Assembly (NCBI GenBank): GCA_023213235.1
Contig: CP096137.1
Location: 2,216,908-2,280,907, forward strand
Source: Elusimicrobiota bacterium
GTDB taxonomy: Bacteria; Elusimicrobiota; Elusimicrobia; UBA1565; UBA9628
Reading direction: 5' to 3'
Length of the DNA stretch: 64,000 nucleotides
Shown piece by piece: positions 9,177 through 19,049 of this stretch. The notes beneath the pieces are model-generated. The model made no database searches. It was not told where the DNA came from and saw only the letters and a list, made by a program, of their open reading frames with translations. Position numbers and translations under genes: made by a program. Each line of letters opens with the position of its first letter. Position 1 is the stretch's first letter.

Positions 9177-10427
9177 ATGAACCCCGGACTTTGGGCTCTG
9201 CGCGCCGCCAACCTCGCCCTCGCGCTCGCCGCCGCCTGGCTCGGCGCCCGCGGAAAGACGGTCAGCGTCGTCCTGCCCGCCGCCGCCGCGGCCGTCCTCG
9301 CCGCCGCGGGCGCGGCCGCCGCCTGGTCGGGCCGCCCCGCCGACCCGAAGGCGCGACGCTGGGCGCTCGCCGCGTTCTGCGGCGCCGACGTTCTGCTCGT
9401 CATGTGGCTCGCGCAATGGACGCGCCAGTTCGCGGGCGTCGTGGACCTCGGCGTGCTCGTCCCGGCGACCTTGATCGCGATGGAGTTCGGGGCGCTCGCG
9501 GGCGCCGCGGCGGCCGCGGTGCCGGCCGCTTTCACCGCGGCGATCCTGCACTCGCTGGGCGGCGGCGCCGACGCGGCGCTCGTTCCGACCTTGGCCCTGC
9601 GCGGGGCGCTGCTCGCGCTGGCGCCGGCCGCCGCGGGAGCGGCGCTCGGCCCGGCGCGCGCGTCGGCCGCGGCCGCGGCGCGCGGCACGCTCGCGCGCCT
9701 GCGCTCCGCGCAGGTCGGGGAGTACCTCTCGTTCGCCCTTTTCCAGCTCCGCGACTACGCGATCACGGTGACCTCGCTGGCCGAGGCGATCTCGATCGCG
9801 CCCGCCGACGCGAAGGCCCCGGAGCGGCTCGAGCGCCTGCGCAAGGCCGCCGGCGAGCTCAGCCACAAGCTCGCCAAGACGCTCGGAGACCAGTCGGCGC
9901 TGACGACGGCCCGCCCGCCGTCGACGGCCCCGCTCGACCTCGTCGAGCTCGTCCGCGCCTGCGTCGACGACGCGCGCGCGGCCTTCGCGCCGGACGGCGT
10001 GGGCGTCTCCGTCCTCGTGCAGAGCGCGCCGCCGCCGATCGGCTCGGACCGCCGCTCGATCGAGCTCGCGCTGCTGGCCGTGCTCCAGAACTCGCTCGAG
10101 GCCTGCGCCCAGCGCGGCGGCGGCGCGGTGACCGTGCTCCTTCGCCGCGAGGGGACCAACGCCGAGATCGAAGTGTCCGACGACGGCGGCGGCATGCCGG
10201 AGACCGTGAAGGCCTCCGTCTTCGAGCCGTTCGTCTCGGCGCGGCGCGGCGGACTCGGCCTCGGACTGTCGATGTCGCGACGCTTCCTCGAGCGCATCGG
10301 CGGCGGGCTGCGCGTGAAGAGCAAGGCCGGCTACACGGCCGTCCTGCTCATCGTGCCGCTCGAGCGGGAGCTGCCCAAGATCCGCCTCGAGGATTCGACC
10401 TGGGCGGGACGCCGCGCGGAGCGCTGA
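9177..10427 (+). CDS. polytopic histidine-kinase-like protein with an intact ATPase domain but no canonical H-box histidine
   Basis: In the frame of ORF 8043..10427, from ATG 9177. It has a hydrophobic N-terminal ~190 aa. N (LLAVLQNSLEA), G1 (VSDDGGGM) and G2 (GLGLGLS) boxes are present. The DHp helix 1 reads EYLSFALFQLRDYAITV, with no His. Confidence 0.7.
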   Translation: MNPGLWALRAANLALALAAAWLGARGKTVSVVLPAAAAAVLAAAGAAAAWSGRPADPKARRWALAAFCGADVLLVMWLAQWTRQFAGVVDLGVLVPATLIAMEFGALAGAAAAAVPAAFTAAILHSLGGGADAALVPTLALRGALLALAPAAAGAALGPARASAAAAARGTLARLRSAQVGEYLSFALFQLRDYAITVTSLAEAISIAPADAKAPERLERLRKAAGELSHKLAKTLGDQSALTTARPPSTAPLDLVELVRACVDDARAAFAPDGVGVSVLVQSAPPPIGSDRRSIELALLAVLQNSLEACAQRGGGAVTVLLRREGTNAEIEVSDDGGGMPETVKASVFEPFVSARRGGLGLGLSMSRRFLERIGGGLRVKSKAGYTAVLLIVPLERELPKIRLEDSTWAGRRAER

Positions 10428-10428
10428 C

Positions 10429-11535
10429 ATGGCCGAGACCGAGAAGAAGCCCGACGCCCCGCCGCCCGCGCCGCCGGGCGCCTCCGTCCTGCTCGAGCAG
10501 GGCCTGATCGCGCTCGTCGACGCTCCCGGCGCCTTCGCGCGCCTGGCCGCGCGCCCCGCCCCGTCGCCGGGGACGTCCATCCTCGCGGGCCTCGCGTGGG
10601 GGCTCGCGTTCTTCGGCCTCAACGCGGCGCACGCCGTCGCCTCGGGCGCGGCCGCCCGCTTCGCGGGCTTCCCGGCCTGGCAGTTCGCCGCCGTCGGCGC
10701 GCTCGCGCTCGCCGCCTGGGCCTCGCTGCTGCTGCTCGGCGCGGCCGTCCTGTACGCGCTGGGCCGCGCGCTCGCGGGGACCTCCTCCGACTTCGACCGC
10801 GCCCTCGAGGTCGCCGCCGTCGCCGCGGCGGCCGGCGTCCTGCAGGCGGCCGCGGCCTTCGTGCCCGTCCTCTGGTTCCTGCCCGCCGCGGCCGCCGCCT
10901 GGATCGTCTCGTGCGGGCTGATCGCTCTGTCGGGCGCGGGCGCCGCGGGCGCGCGCGCGGCCTGCGCGCTGCTCGCGGGCCTGGCGCTCGGCGCCCAGTA
11001 CGCCGCCGGCCTCGCGCTCGCCGGCGCCGCGGCGCGCCTGCCCGAAGGTCCGGCCTCGATGGAGGCCGTCGCCGACGTCCAAAAGCAGCTCGAGGGCATG
11101 CAGGAGATCGTCACGCAGGCCGACGCGACGGCCGCCGCCACCGGCGCCTCCGGCCTCGACCTGCTGCGCGGCCCCGGCGGCGAGGAGCCCGGCGAGCGCG
11201 AACTGACTCTGGCCGAGCGCCGCGCGATGGTCGAAAACATGAGCGCGCAGGGCGACGCGATGAACAAGAGCGTGCTCGGCATGCTCGACTCGCTGGCGCC
11301 GATGCTCCAGAGCGCGGCCTCCTCGAAGAACCTGACTCCTCAGCAGAAGGCGGACTTCGCCCAGCTGACCAAGTCGATGAACGTCATGCGCGAGTCTCTG
11401 GCCTCCGGCAAACCGATGACGGCGCAGCAGCACGCCGATCAGATGATGAAGATCCAGGAGATGTCCATGCGCCTGATGACGGCCGGCCTGACTGCGCCTC
11501 CCGCGGCCGCCGCTCCCGCGGAGAAGAGGAAGTGA
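10429..11535 (+). CDS. membrane protein: Yip1-like multi-TM N-terminus plus a Met/Gln-rich C-terminal region
   Basis: 368 aa. Its ATG lies 1 nt after the kinase-like gene stop. It has about 5 predicted TM helices, then MQEIV...NMSAQGDAMNKSVLGMLDSLAPMLQ...MMKIQEMSMRLM. The function assignment is weak. Confidence 0.55.
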   Translation: MAETEKKPDAPPPAPPGASVLLEQGLIALVDAPGAFARLAARPAPSPGTSILAGLAWGLAFFGLNAAHAVASGAAARFAGFPAWQFAAVGALALAAWASLLLLGAAVLYALGRALAGTSSDFDRALEVAAVAAAAGVLQAAAAFVPVLWFLPAAAAAWIVSCGLIALSGAGAAGARAACALLAGLALGAQYAAGLALAGAAARLPEGPASMEAVADVQKQLEGMQEIVTQADATAAATGASGLDLLRGPGGEEPGERELTLAERRAMVENMSAQGDAMNKSVLGMLDSLAPMLQSAASSKNLTPQQKADFAQLTKSMNVMRESLASGKPMTAQQHADQMMKIQEMSMRLMTAGLTAPPAAAAPAEKRK

Positions 11536-12265
11536 CGCTCGAGGGGAAGGTCGTCCTCGTCACCGGCTCGGCGCGCCGCGTCGGGCGCGTGATCGCTCTC
11601 GCCTTCGCCGCGCGCGGGCCCGCGTGGCCGCCCACTACAACACCTCCGCCGGCGAGGCGCGCAAGCTCGTCGCCGGGATCAAGACGCTCTCCGGCGCCGA
11701 CGCCGAGGCCTTCCGCGCCAACCTGCTCGACGCCGCCGCGCCGGAGAAGCTCGCCGACGCCGTCGCCAAGCGCTTCGGCGCGATCGACGTGCTCGTCAAC
11801 TCCGCTTCGCTCTACGACCGCGAGCCCTTCGCGAAGGCCGACGCCGCCGGCTGGGACCGCCACATGGCCGTGAATGCCCGGGCCCCCTTCTTCCTCGCCC
11901 AGGCCTGCGCCCCGTGGCTCAAGAAGTCCGGGACGGGCAGCGTGATCAACATCGCCGACTGGTCCGCGCACCGGCCCTACGCCGACTGGGGCTCCTACTG
12001 CGCGTCGAAGGCCGCGCTGCTCTGCGCGAACAAGGTCCTCGCCAAGGCCCTCGCCCCGGAGATCCGCGTCAACGCGATCCTGCCGGGTCCCGTGCTCTCG
12101 CCGGAGAAGATGGGGGAGGCGGAGAAGAAGAAGATCGCCGAGGCGACCCTGCTCAAGCGCCTGGGCACTCCGGAGGCCGTCGCGCGCGCCTGCCTGTTCC
12201 TCGCCGAGGCGGACTACACGACCGGAGCGGAGCTCACGGTCGACGGCGGCCGGCTGATCGCCTAA
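11532..12265 (+). CDS. short-chain dehydrogenase/reductase (pteridine-reductase-like); 1-nt indel at 11616-11621
   Basis: GTG 11532 (VTLEGKVVLVTGSARRVGRVIALAFAARG) continues in ORF 11624..12265 with VLVNSAS, the YCASKAAL catalytic YxxxK and VNAILPGPV. Restoring one base gives 245 codons. Confidence 0.75.
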
Positions 12266-12887
12266 CGACGGCCCGACTTCTTCCCGCGGTAGTCGCCGGG
12301 AACCTGCGTCTCGGGCTTGACGGCCTTGAACTTCGCGCCCGACACGAGCTTGTCCCACATCTTCGGGTCGCGCCACTCGTCCTTGACGGCCTGCGACCAG
12401 ACGACCTTCTTGAGGTCGATCTCGCCCATGCGCGCGTCGTAGGCGTCCCGGCGGAAGCACTGCGCGTAGCCGGTCTCGGTCTCGTGCAGAATCACGGAGT
12501 GCACGGAGGCGGCCTCATCGCCGTTGGCGCGCTCGGTCTGGTCGAGCAGGGCCTGGACGGCGACGAAGATGATGCGCGTGAGCTGCTCGGCGGTGGGCGA
12601 GAGGGGAGCTGGACCCAGCGCTTGGAGTGGGACTTGATCGCCTTCTGGTACTCCGGCGCCTCCTTCTCCCAGTACAGCGAGGCGTGGTCGAAGCCGTCGA
12701 GCATGTCCTTGACCGTGCCCTTCATCAGGCCGAAGTCGTAGACCATCTGCCCGTCGTCGAGCTTGTCGGCGGAAAGCAGGACCTCGACGCGGAAGCTGTG
12801 GCCGTGGATCGAGTACTTGCACCGGTCCGACGAGCAGTTCCGCACGATGTGGGACGCCTCGAACTTGTACAGCTTTCGAATGATCAT
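12262..12887 (-). CDS. 6-pyruvoyl-tetrahydropterin synthase / QueD-family protein, long form; 1-nt indel at 12603-12606
   Basis: MIIRKLYKFEASHIV...CKYSIHGHSFRVEV...YDFGLMK (ORF 12492..12887) continues in the frame of ORF 12262..12918 with SPTAEQLTRIIF...HETETGYA. Restoring one base gives 209 codons. Confidence 0.7.
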
Positions 12888-13240
12888 CTGGTCCTCCGGA
12901 TTTCGACGACAACCTCACGGGTCTTGGGCATCACGGCCGGCGTCTTGCGCACGCGCACCGTCACGGCGGCGGCGGACGTCTTCGCGAGGAGGACGAGCGC
13001 GAGGCGCTCCGCCAACGTCTCCACCAGAGCCCGCTCGCCTGACTCGGTCTCGGCGCGGACGAGCTTCTCCACCTCCCAGTAGTCGAGGGCGCGGCGGTAG
13101 TCGTCCTTCGCGGCCGCGGGGCGGATGTCGGTCTCGAGGCCCACGTCCACGAGGATCTTCTGCCGGCGCGCGCGCTCGGCGGCGGGCACGCCGATCTTCG
13201 CGCGGCACTCGACCCCGTTGAGCCAAATCATGTCCGCCAT
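12884..13240 (-). CDS. folB: dihydroneopterin aldolase
   Basis: 118 aa: IWLNGVECRAKIGVPAAERARRQKILVDVGLETD...DDYRRALDYWEV, the FolB pattern. The stop overlaps the QueD-like start. Confidence 0.8.
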   Translation of the reverse strand: MADMIWLNGVECRAKIGVPAAERARRQKILVDVGLETDIRPAAAKDDYRRALDYWEVEKLVRAETESGERALVETLAERLALVLLAKTSAAAVTVRVRKTPAVMPKTREVVVEIRRTR

Positions 13241-13247
13241 AGCGGAT

Positions 13248-13286
13248 AGTCTAGCAAGGAGGGCGCCGGGGGCGAAATGTTATAAT
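13248..13286. promoter_or_regulatory. divergent extended -10 boxes for folB and trxB
   Basis: On the minus strand, TGcTAGACT (hexamer 13248-13253) lies 7 nt from ATG 13240. On the plus strand, TGtTATAAT (hexamer 13281-13286) lies 6 nt from ATG 13293. Confidence 0.55.
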
Positions 13287-13292
13287 CGCCCC

Positions 13293-14227
<935 letters not shown>

Positions 14228-14229
14228 CC

Positions 14230-15135
14230 ATGGGCCCCGTCGCGGAGCGTCAAGCGCTTCCGCCCTGGCTCAAGGTCAAGCTCCCGACGGGCCCCAACGT
14301 CGCCCGCCTGAAGGAGGCCTCGCGCTCGCGCGGCCTGTCCACCGTCTGCGAGGAGGCGCGCTGCCCGAACCTGGCGGAGTGCTGGGGCGGGGGGACGGCC
14401 ACCTTCATGGTCATGGGGGACACATGTACTCGTGGCTGTCGTTTCTGTTCCGTAGCCACGGCGCTCCGTCCCGCCGTTCCCGACGAAGCGGAGCCTCAAA
14501 AGTTGGCCATGACCTTGAAGGAGATGGACGTCGAATACGCCGTGCTGACCACGGTGTGCCGGGACGACCTCCCCGACCAGGGCGCCGCGCACCTCGCCGC
14601 GTGCATCCGCGAGGTGAAGAAGACCTGCCCCGACATGAAGCTCGAGATGCTGCTCCAGGATTTCCGGGGACATCAGGACCTGCTGGAGCAGGTGATCGAC
14701 GCCGGCCCCGACGTCGTCGCCCACAACGTCGAGTGCGTCGAGCGCCTGACCGACAAGGTCCGCGACGCGAAGGCCGGCTACCGCCAGTCCCTCGACGTTC
14801 TGGCCCACGCGAAGAATTACGCGCCGACGAAGCCGACCAAGACCTCGCTCATGCTCGGACTCGGCGAAACGGAAGAGGAACTCGTCCAGGCGTTCAAGGA
14901 CATCCGCGCCGTCGGCGTCGACATCCTGACCCTCGGCCAATACCTGCGGCCCTCGGGATCGCGGCATCATTTGATGGTGGACAAGTTCATCCACCCGGAC
15001 GATTTTCAAAGATATGGCGACATGGCAAAGGAGCACGGCTTTCTGTACGTGGCTTCGGGACCCTTCGTCAGGTCTTCCTACAGAGCGGCCGAATTGTTCA
15101 TGAAAGGCCATTTGGAGAATACGCGTGGCGCTTAG
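14230..15135 (+). CDS. lipA: lipoyl synthase
   Basis: 301 aa with CEEARCPNLAECW and the radical-SAM CTRGCRFC clusters, plus LGETEEE and LTLGQYLRPS. Confidence 0.9.
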   Translation: MGPVAERQALPPWLKVKLPTGPNVARLKEASRSRGLSTVCEEARCPNLAECWGGGTATFMVMGDTCTRGCRFCSVATALRPAVPDEAEPQKLAMTLKEMDVEYAVLTTVCRDDLPDQGAAHLAACIREVKKTCPDMKLEMLLQDFRGHQDLLEQVIDAGPDVVAHNVECVERLTDKVRDAKAGYRQSLDVLAHAKNYAPTKPTKTSLMLGLGETEEELVQAFKDIRAVGVDILTLGQYLRPSGSRHHLMVDKFIHPDDFQRYGDMAKEHGFLYVASGPFVRSSYRAAELFMKGHLENTRGA

Positions 15136-16251
15136 AACGATCGCGTCTTTGGACGTCAAACGTCTGGAAATTCTCGACGTGAACGGCGTCGCCGACAAGG
15201 CGCTGATGCCCAAGGTTTCCGACAAGCTGCTGCTCGAGATGTACCGTTTGATGTACCAGATCCGCGCTTTCGATGAGAGGGCCATCCTACTCCAGCGCTC
15301 CGGCCGCCTCGGAACCTACCCGATGATCACCGGCCAGGAGGCCACGCAGTGCGTGCCGCCTCTGGCGCTCAAGCCGACGGACTGGGTCGTGCCCACCTAC
15401 CGCGGCGGCGGCGTGTACTTCGCGCGCGGCATGCAGATGCGCGACGCGCTGCTCTACTGGGCGGGCGACGACCGCGGCACGCGCTTCCCCGAGGGCAACC
15501 GCGACATGATCTTCTCGATTCCCGTCGGCACGCACCTGACCCAGGTCGCGGGCCTGGCGTGGGGACAGAAGTTCGAGGGCAAGGGCGGCGTGGCCGTCAC
15601 CTACTGCGGCGACGGCACGTCGTCGAAGGGGACCTGCACGAGGCGCTGACCTTCGCCGGGCAGTTCAAGCTGCCGGCGATCTACATCATCGAGAACAACG
15701 GCTGGGCGATCTCGGTGCCGCGCCGGCGCCAGGCCGCCTCGCAGACTCTCGCGCAGAAGGCCTGGGGCTACGGCGTCGCCGGGCTCCAAGTCGACGGCAA
15801 CGACGCGCTCGCCGTGTACTCGGCCATGACCGACGCCGTCGCGCGCGCGCGCAAGGGCGAGGGACCCACGCTCATCGAGTGCGAGACGTACCGCATGTCG
15901 CACCACACCACCGCCGACGACGCCACGCGCTACCGCGAGACGAAGGAAGTCGAGGCGTGGGCCAAGCGCGACCCGATCTCCCGCTTCAAGAAGTTCCTGA
16001 CCGCCAAAAAGCTCTGGGACGACAAGAAGGAGAAGGCGCTGGCCGAGACGACGCGCAAGTGGATCGACGGCGAGGTCAAGGCGTACGAGGAGACCCCGGC
16101 GCCGAACCCTCTCGACATGTTCGCCAACAACTACGACCGCGCGCCCCGGGCGCTGATCGAGCAGCGCGCCGAACTGGAAGAGACTTTGAAGTTCAAGGGC
16201 GGGGCAAAGATCCTGATGGAGCTGCCCGCGACAGAGGGGAGGTTCCCGTGA
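15125..16251 (+). CDS. pdhA: 2-oxoacid (pyruvate-type) dehydrogenase E1 alpha subunit (1-nt indel at 15628-15631)
   Basis: ORF 15125..15649 (YRLMYQIRAFDERA..., TYRGGG, YCGDGTSSKG) continues in ORF 15349..16251 (DLHEALTFAGQFKLPAIYIIENNGWAIS). Restoring one base gives 376 codons. Confidence 0.85.
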
Positions 16252-17258
16252 GCCCCAAGACCGCCGCGCCGCCCGCCGTCCGGACCCTGAACCTCGTCCA
16301 GGCCGTCAACGAGGCGCTCGACGTCGCCATGAGCGCGGACAAGCGCGTCATGATCCTCGGCGAGGACGTCGGCCGCAACGGCGGCGTGTTCCGCGCGACC
16401 GAAGGGTTATGGAAGAAATTCGGCGATGACAGGGTCGTTGATACGCCTCTCGCCGAAATCGGCATCATGGGCTCGGCGATCGGGCTCGCGATCTCGGGAA
16501 TGCGGCCGGTCGCGGAGATCCAGTTCGACGGGTTCATGCCCTCGGTGTTCGACCAGGTCGTCTGCCACCTCGGCCGCATCCGCTCGCGCTCCCGCGGCAA
16601 GATGTCGGTGCCGCTGGTCCTGCGCGCGCCGCACGGCGGCCTCATCCACGCCCCCGAGCACCACAGCGAGAGCCCCGAGGCCTACTTCTGCCACACGCCG
16701 GGCATCAAGGTCGTGATCCCCTCGACGCCGTACGACGCCAAGGGCCTGCTCATCGCGGCGATCGAGGATCCGGATCCCGTCGTCTTCTTCGAGCCCAAGC
16801 TCCTCTATCGCTCGGCGAAGGGCGAAGTCCCGGCCGGCCGGTACACCGTCGAGATCGGCAAGGCGCGCCTCGTGCAGGAAGGCAAGGACATCACCCTCCT
16901 GACGTGGGGCGCCATGACCGTCGCCTGTCAAAAGGCCGCGGACAGACTCGCGATGGAGGACGGAGCCTCGGTCGAGATCATCGATCTGCGCACGCTGGCA
17001 CCTCTCGATCTGGACGCGATCCTCGCCTCCGTCGGCAAGACGGGGCGCTGCGTGATCGCGCACGAGGCGCCGAACACGGGCTCGTGGGCCGCCGAGCTGT
17101 CCGCCCTCATCGCCGAGCGCGGCCTGCTGCGCCTGCAGGCGCCGGTGGCGCGCGTCGGCGGCTGGGACATCCGAATGCCGCTGTTCCGTCTCGAGCAGTA
17201 CTACATCCCGGACGCCGACCGCGTCGTGATGGCGGCCCGCAAGACTCTCAACTTCTAG
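16248..17258 (+). CDS. pdhB: 2-oxoacid dehydrogenase E1 beta subunit
   Basis: GTG 16248 overlaps the E1a stop (GTGA). Motifs: LNLVQAVNEALDVAM, ILGEDVG..GGVFRAT, VVDTPLAE and EIQFDGF. Confidence 0.85.
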   Translation: MSPKTAAPPAVRTLNLVQAVNEALDVAMSADKRVMILGEDVGRNGGVFRATEGLWKKFGDDRVVDTPLAEIGIMGSAIGLAISGMRPVAEIQFDGFMPSVFDQVVCHLGRIRSRSRGKMSVPLVLRAPHGGLIHAPEHHSESPEAYFCHTPGIKVVIPSTPYDAKGLLIAAIEDPDPVVFFEPKLLYRSAKGEVPAGRYTVEIGKARLVQEGKDITLLTWGAMTVACQKAADRLAMEDGASVEIIDLRTLAPLDLDAILASVGKTGRCVIAHEAPNTGSWAAELSALIAERGLLRLQAPVARVGGWDIRMPLFRLEQYYIPDADRVVMAARKTLNF

Positions 17259-17267
17259 AGGACCTTT

Positions 17268-19039
17268 ATGAGCTACGAATTCAATCTGCCGGACATCGGA
17301 GAGGGCCTCGTCGAGGGCGAGATCGTGAAGTGGTTCGTGAAGGTGGGCGATACGGTGAAGGAGCACCAGCCCCTCGCGGCGATTCTCACGGATAAGGCGG
17401 AAGTGGAGGTGCCGAGCCCGAAGGCCGGCAAGATTTTGAAGTTGTATGGAAAGCCGGGCGAAAAGATCCAGGTTCACTCCCCGTTGGCGTCCATCGATGT
17501 CGGTGGTTCCGAGAACGGTTCACAAATGGCGCCCGCGAAGGAAAATGCCGTTAAAGCCGTGGGGGCGGGAACGCCGAAGGCGAAAGAATCCGTTGCCGTG
17601 GCTGTCGCGGACCGCCCTTCCGTCGGCGGTTACGTGTTCAATCTGCCGGACATCGGAGAGGGCCTCGTCGAAGGGGAACTCGTGAAGTGGATGGTCAAGG
17701 AAGGAGAAAGGTCGTCGAGAACCAGCCGATCGCGGCGGTTCTCACCGACAAGGCGGAAGTCGAGATTCCGAGCCCGAAGACCGGCGTCATCGCGAAGCTG
17801 CACGCCAAGCCGGGGCAGAAGGTTCAGGTTCATGGTCCGTTGGTGACGTATTCCGGCGTGAGCGGAGCCGCGCAGGCGGTCAGGCCCGCCGCCAACGTGG
17901 AAGAGGCCGTCGCTCCGGCGGCTGCGCGCCCGGCGCGGTCGTCCAACGAAGTGCTGGCGACGCCGATGATCCGCAAGATGGCGAAGGACTTGGGGATCGA
18001 CATCGGCCGGGTCCCCGGAACGGGCCCGCAGGGCCGCGTGCTGGAGGCGGACCTCAAGGGATTTAGCCGCGGCGGCTTCGCCGCCCCGGCTGCATCGTCT
18101 CGCGGGAACATTTCGAACAACGACAAGGCGAACGCGACGCCCGCAGTCAAGAAATTGGCCGACGAGCTGGGCGTGGACCTCTCGCGCGTCTCGGGAACCG
18201 GACCCGGCGGACGGATTTCAGAGACCGACGTGCGGGCCAAGGCGCCTTCGGCGCCTACGGCGACGGCAACGACTGGGTCACCCGTCTCCGCATCCACGAC
18301 ACCCTCGTACGCCTCAGGGTACCCGCCCGTGTCGGTCGCGCGTCAGAACGGAGATACCGTCAAACCCTTCTCGGGAATTAGGAGAAAGATCGCCGAGAAG
18401 ATGCAGCAATCCCGTCGGACGATCGCGCATGTCACGCACATGGACGAATGCGACTTCACGGCTCTCGTCGCGCTTCGCGCGAAGATGAAGAAAGAAGCGG
18501 AGAAGCGCGGGGTCAAGCTCACCTTCCTGCCCTTCATCATCCGCGCCCTCGTCAAGGCACTCGGCGAATTCCCCATGTTCAACTCCTCCCTGGACGAGGC
18601 GGCCGGGGAGATCGTCGTCAAAGCGCGCAAGAACATCGGCATCGCGGTCGCGGCGCCCCAGGGGCTCGTCGTCCCGAACATCAAGGGCGCGCAGGACAAG
18701 GACCTCTGGGCGCTCGCCGGCGAGGTGGCCGCGCTCGCCGAGAAGGTGCGCGCCAACAAGATCGACGTGCCGAGCCTGCAGGACGGCACGTTCACGATCA
18801 CGAACATCGGGCCGATCGGCGGGCTGTACGCGACGCCGATCGTCAACCACCCCGAGGTCGCGATCCTCGGCCTCATGAAGCTGCGCAAGACGCCCGTGGT
18901 CCGCGAGGACAAGGTCGTCGTGCGCGAGATGATGAATCTCGTGCTCTCCTTCGACCACCGCATCGTCGACGGGTCGGACGCGGCGAGCTTCATGAACACG
19001 GTCATCAAGCATCTCGAGAACCCGCAAACCCTTCTTTAA
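17268..19039 (+). CDS. pdhC: dihydrolipoamide acyltransferase E2 with two lipoyl domains (1-nt indel at 17707-17709)
   Basis: Two lipoyl domains ([12 protein letters not shown] and [12 protein letters not shown]), a PSBD ([16 protein letters not shown]; [16 protein letters not shown]) and a catalytic SFDHRIVDG. Restoring one A gives 591 codons. Confidence 0.85.
17280..17671 (+). repeat. 35-nt exact direct repeat marking the lipoyl-domain duplication
   Basis: TTCAATCTGCCGGACATCGGAGAGGGCCTCGTCGA occurs at 17280-17314 and again at 17637-17671 (encoding [12 protein letters not shown]). Confidence 0.9.
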
Positions 19040-19049
19040 CGAGGCGAAC

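Noticed and set aside
17280-17671. The 35-nt exact direct repeat as a mobile or VNTR-type repeat.
   Set aside because: Both copies encode the start of the two lipoyl domains of E2 ([12 protein letters not shown]). It is an in-frame domain duplication.
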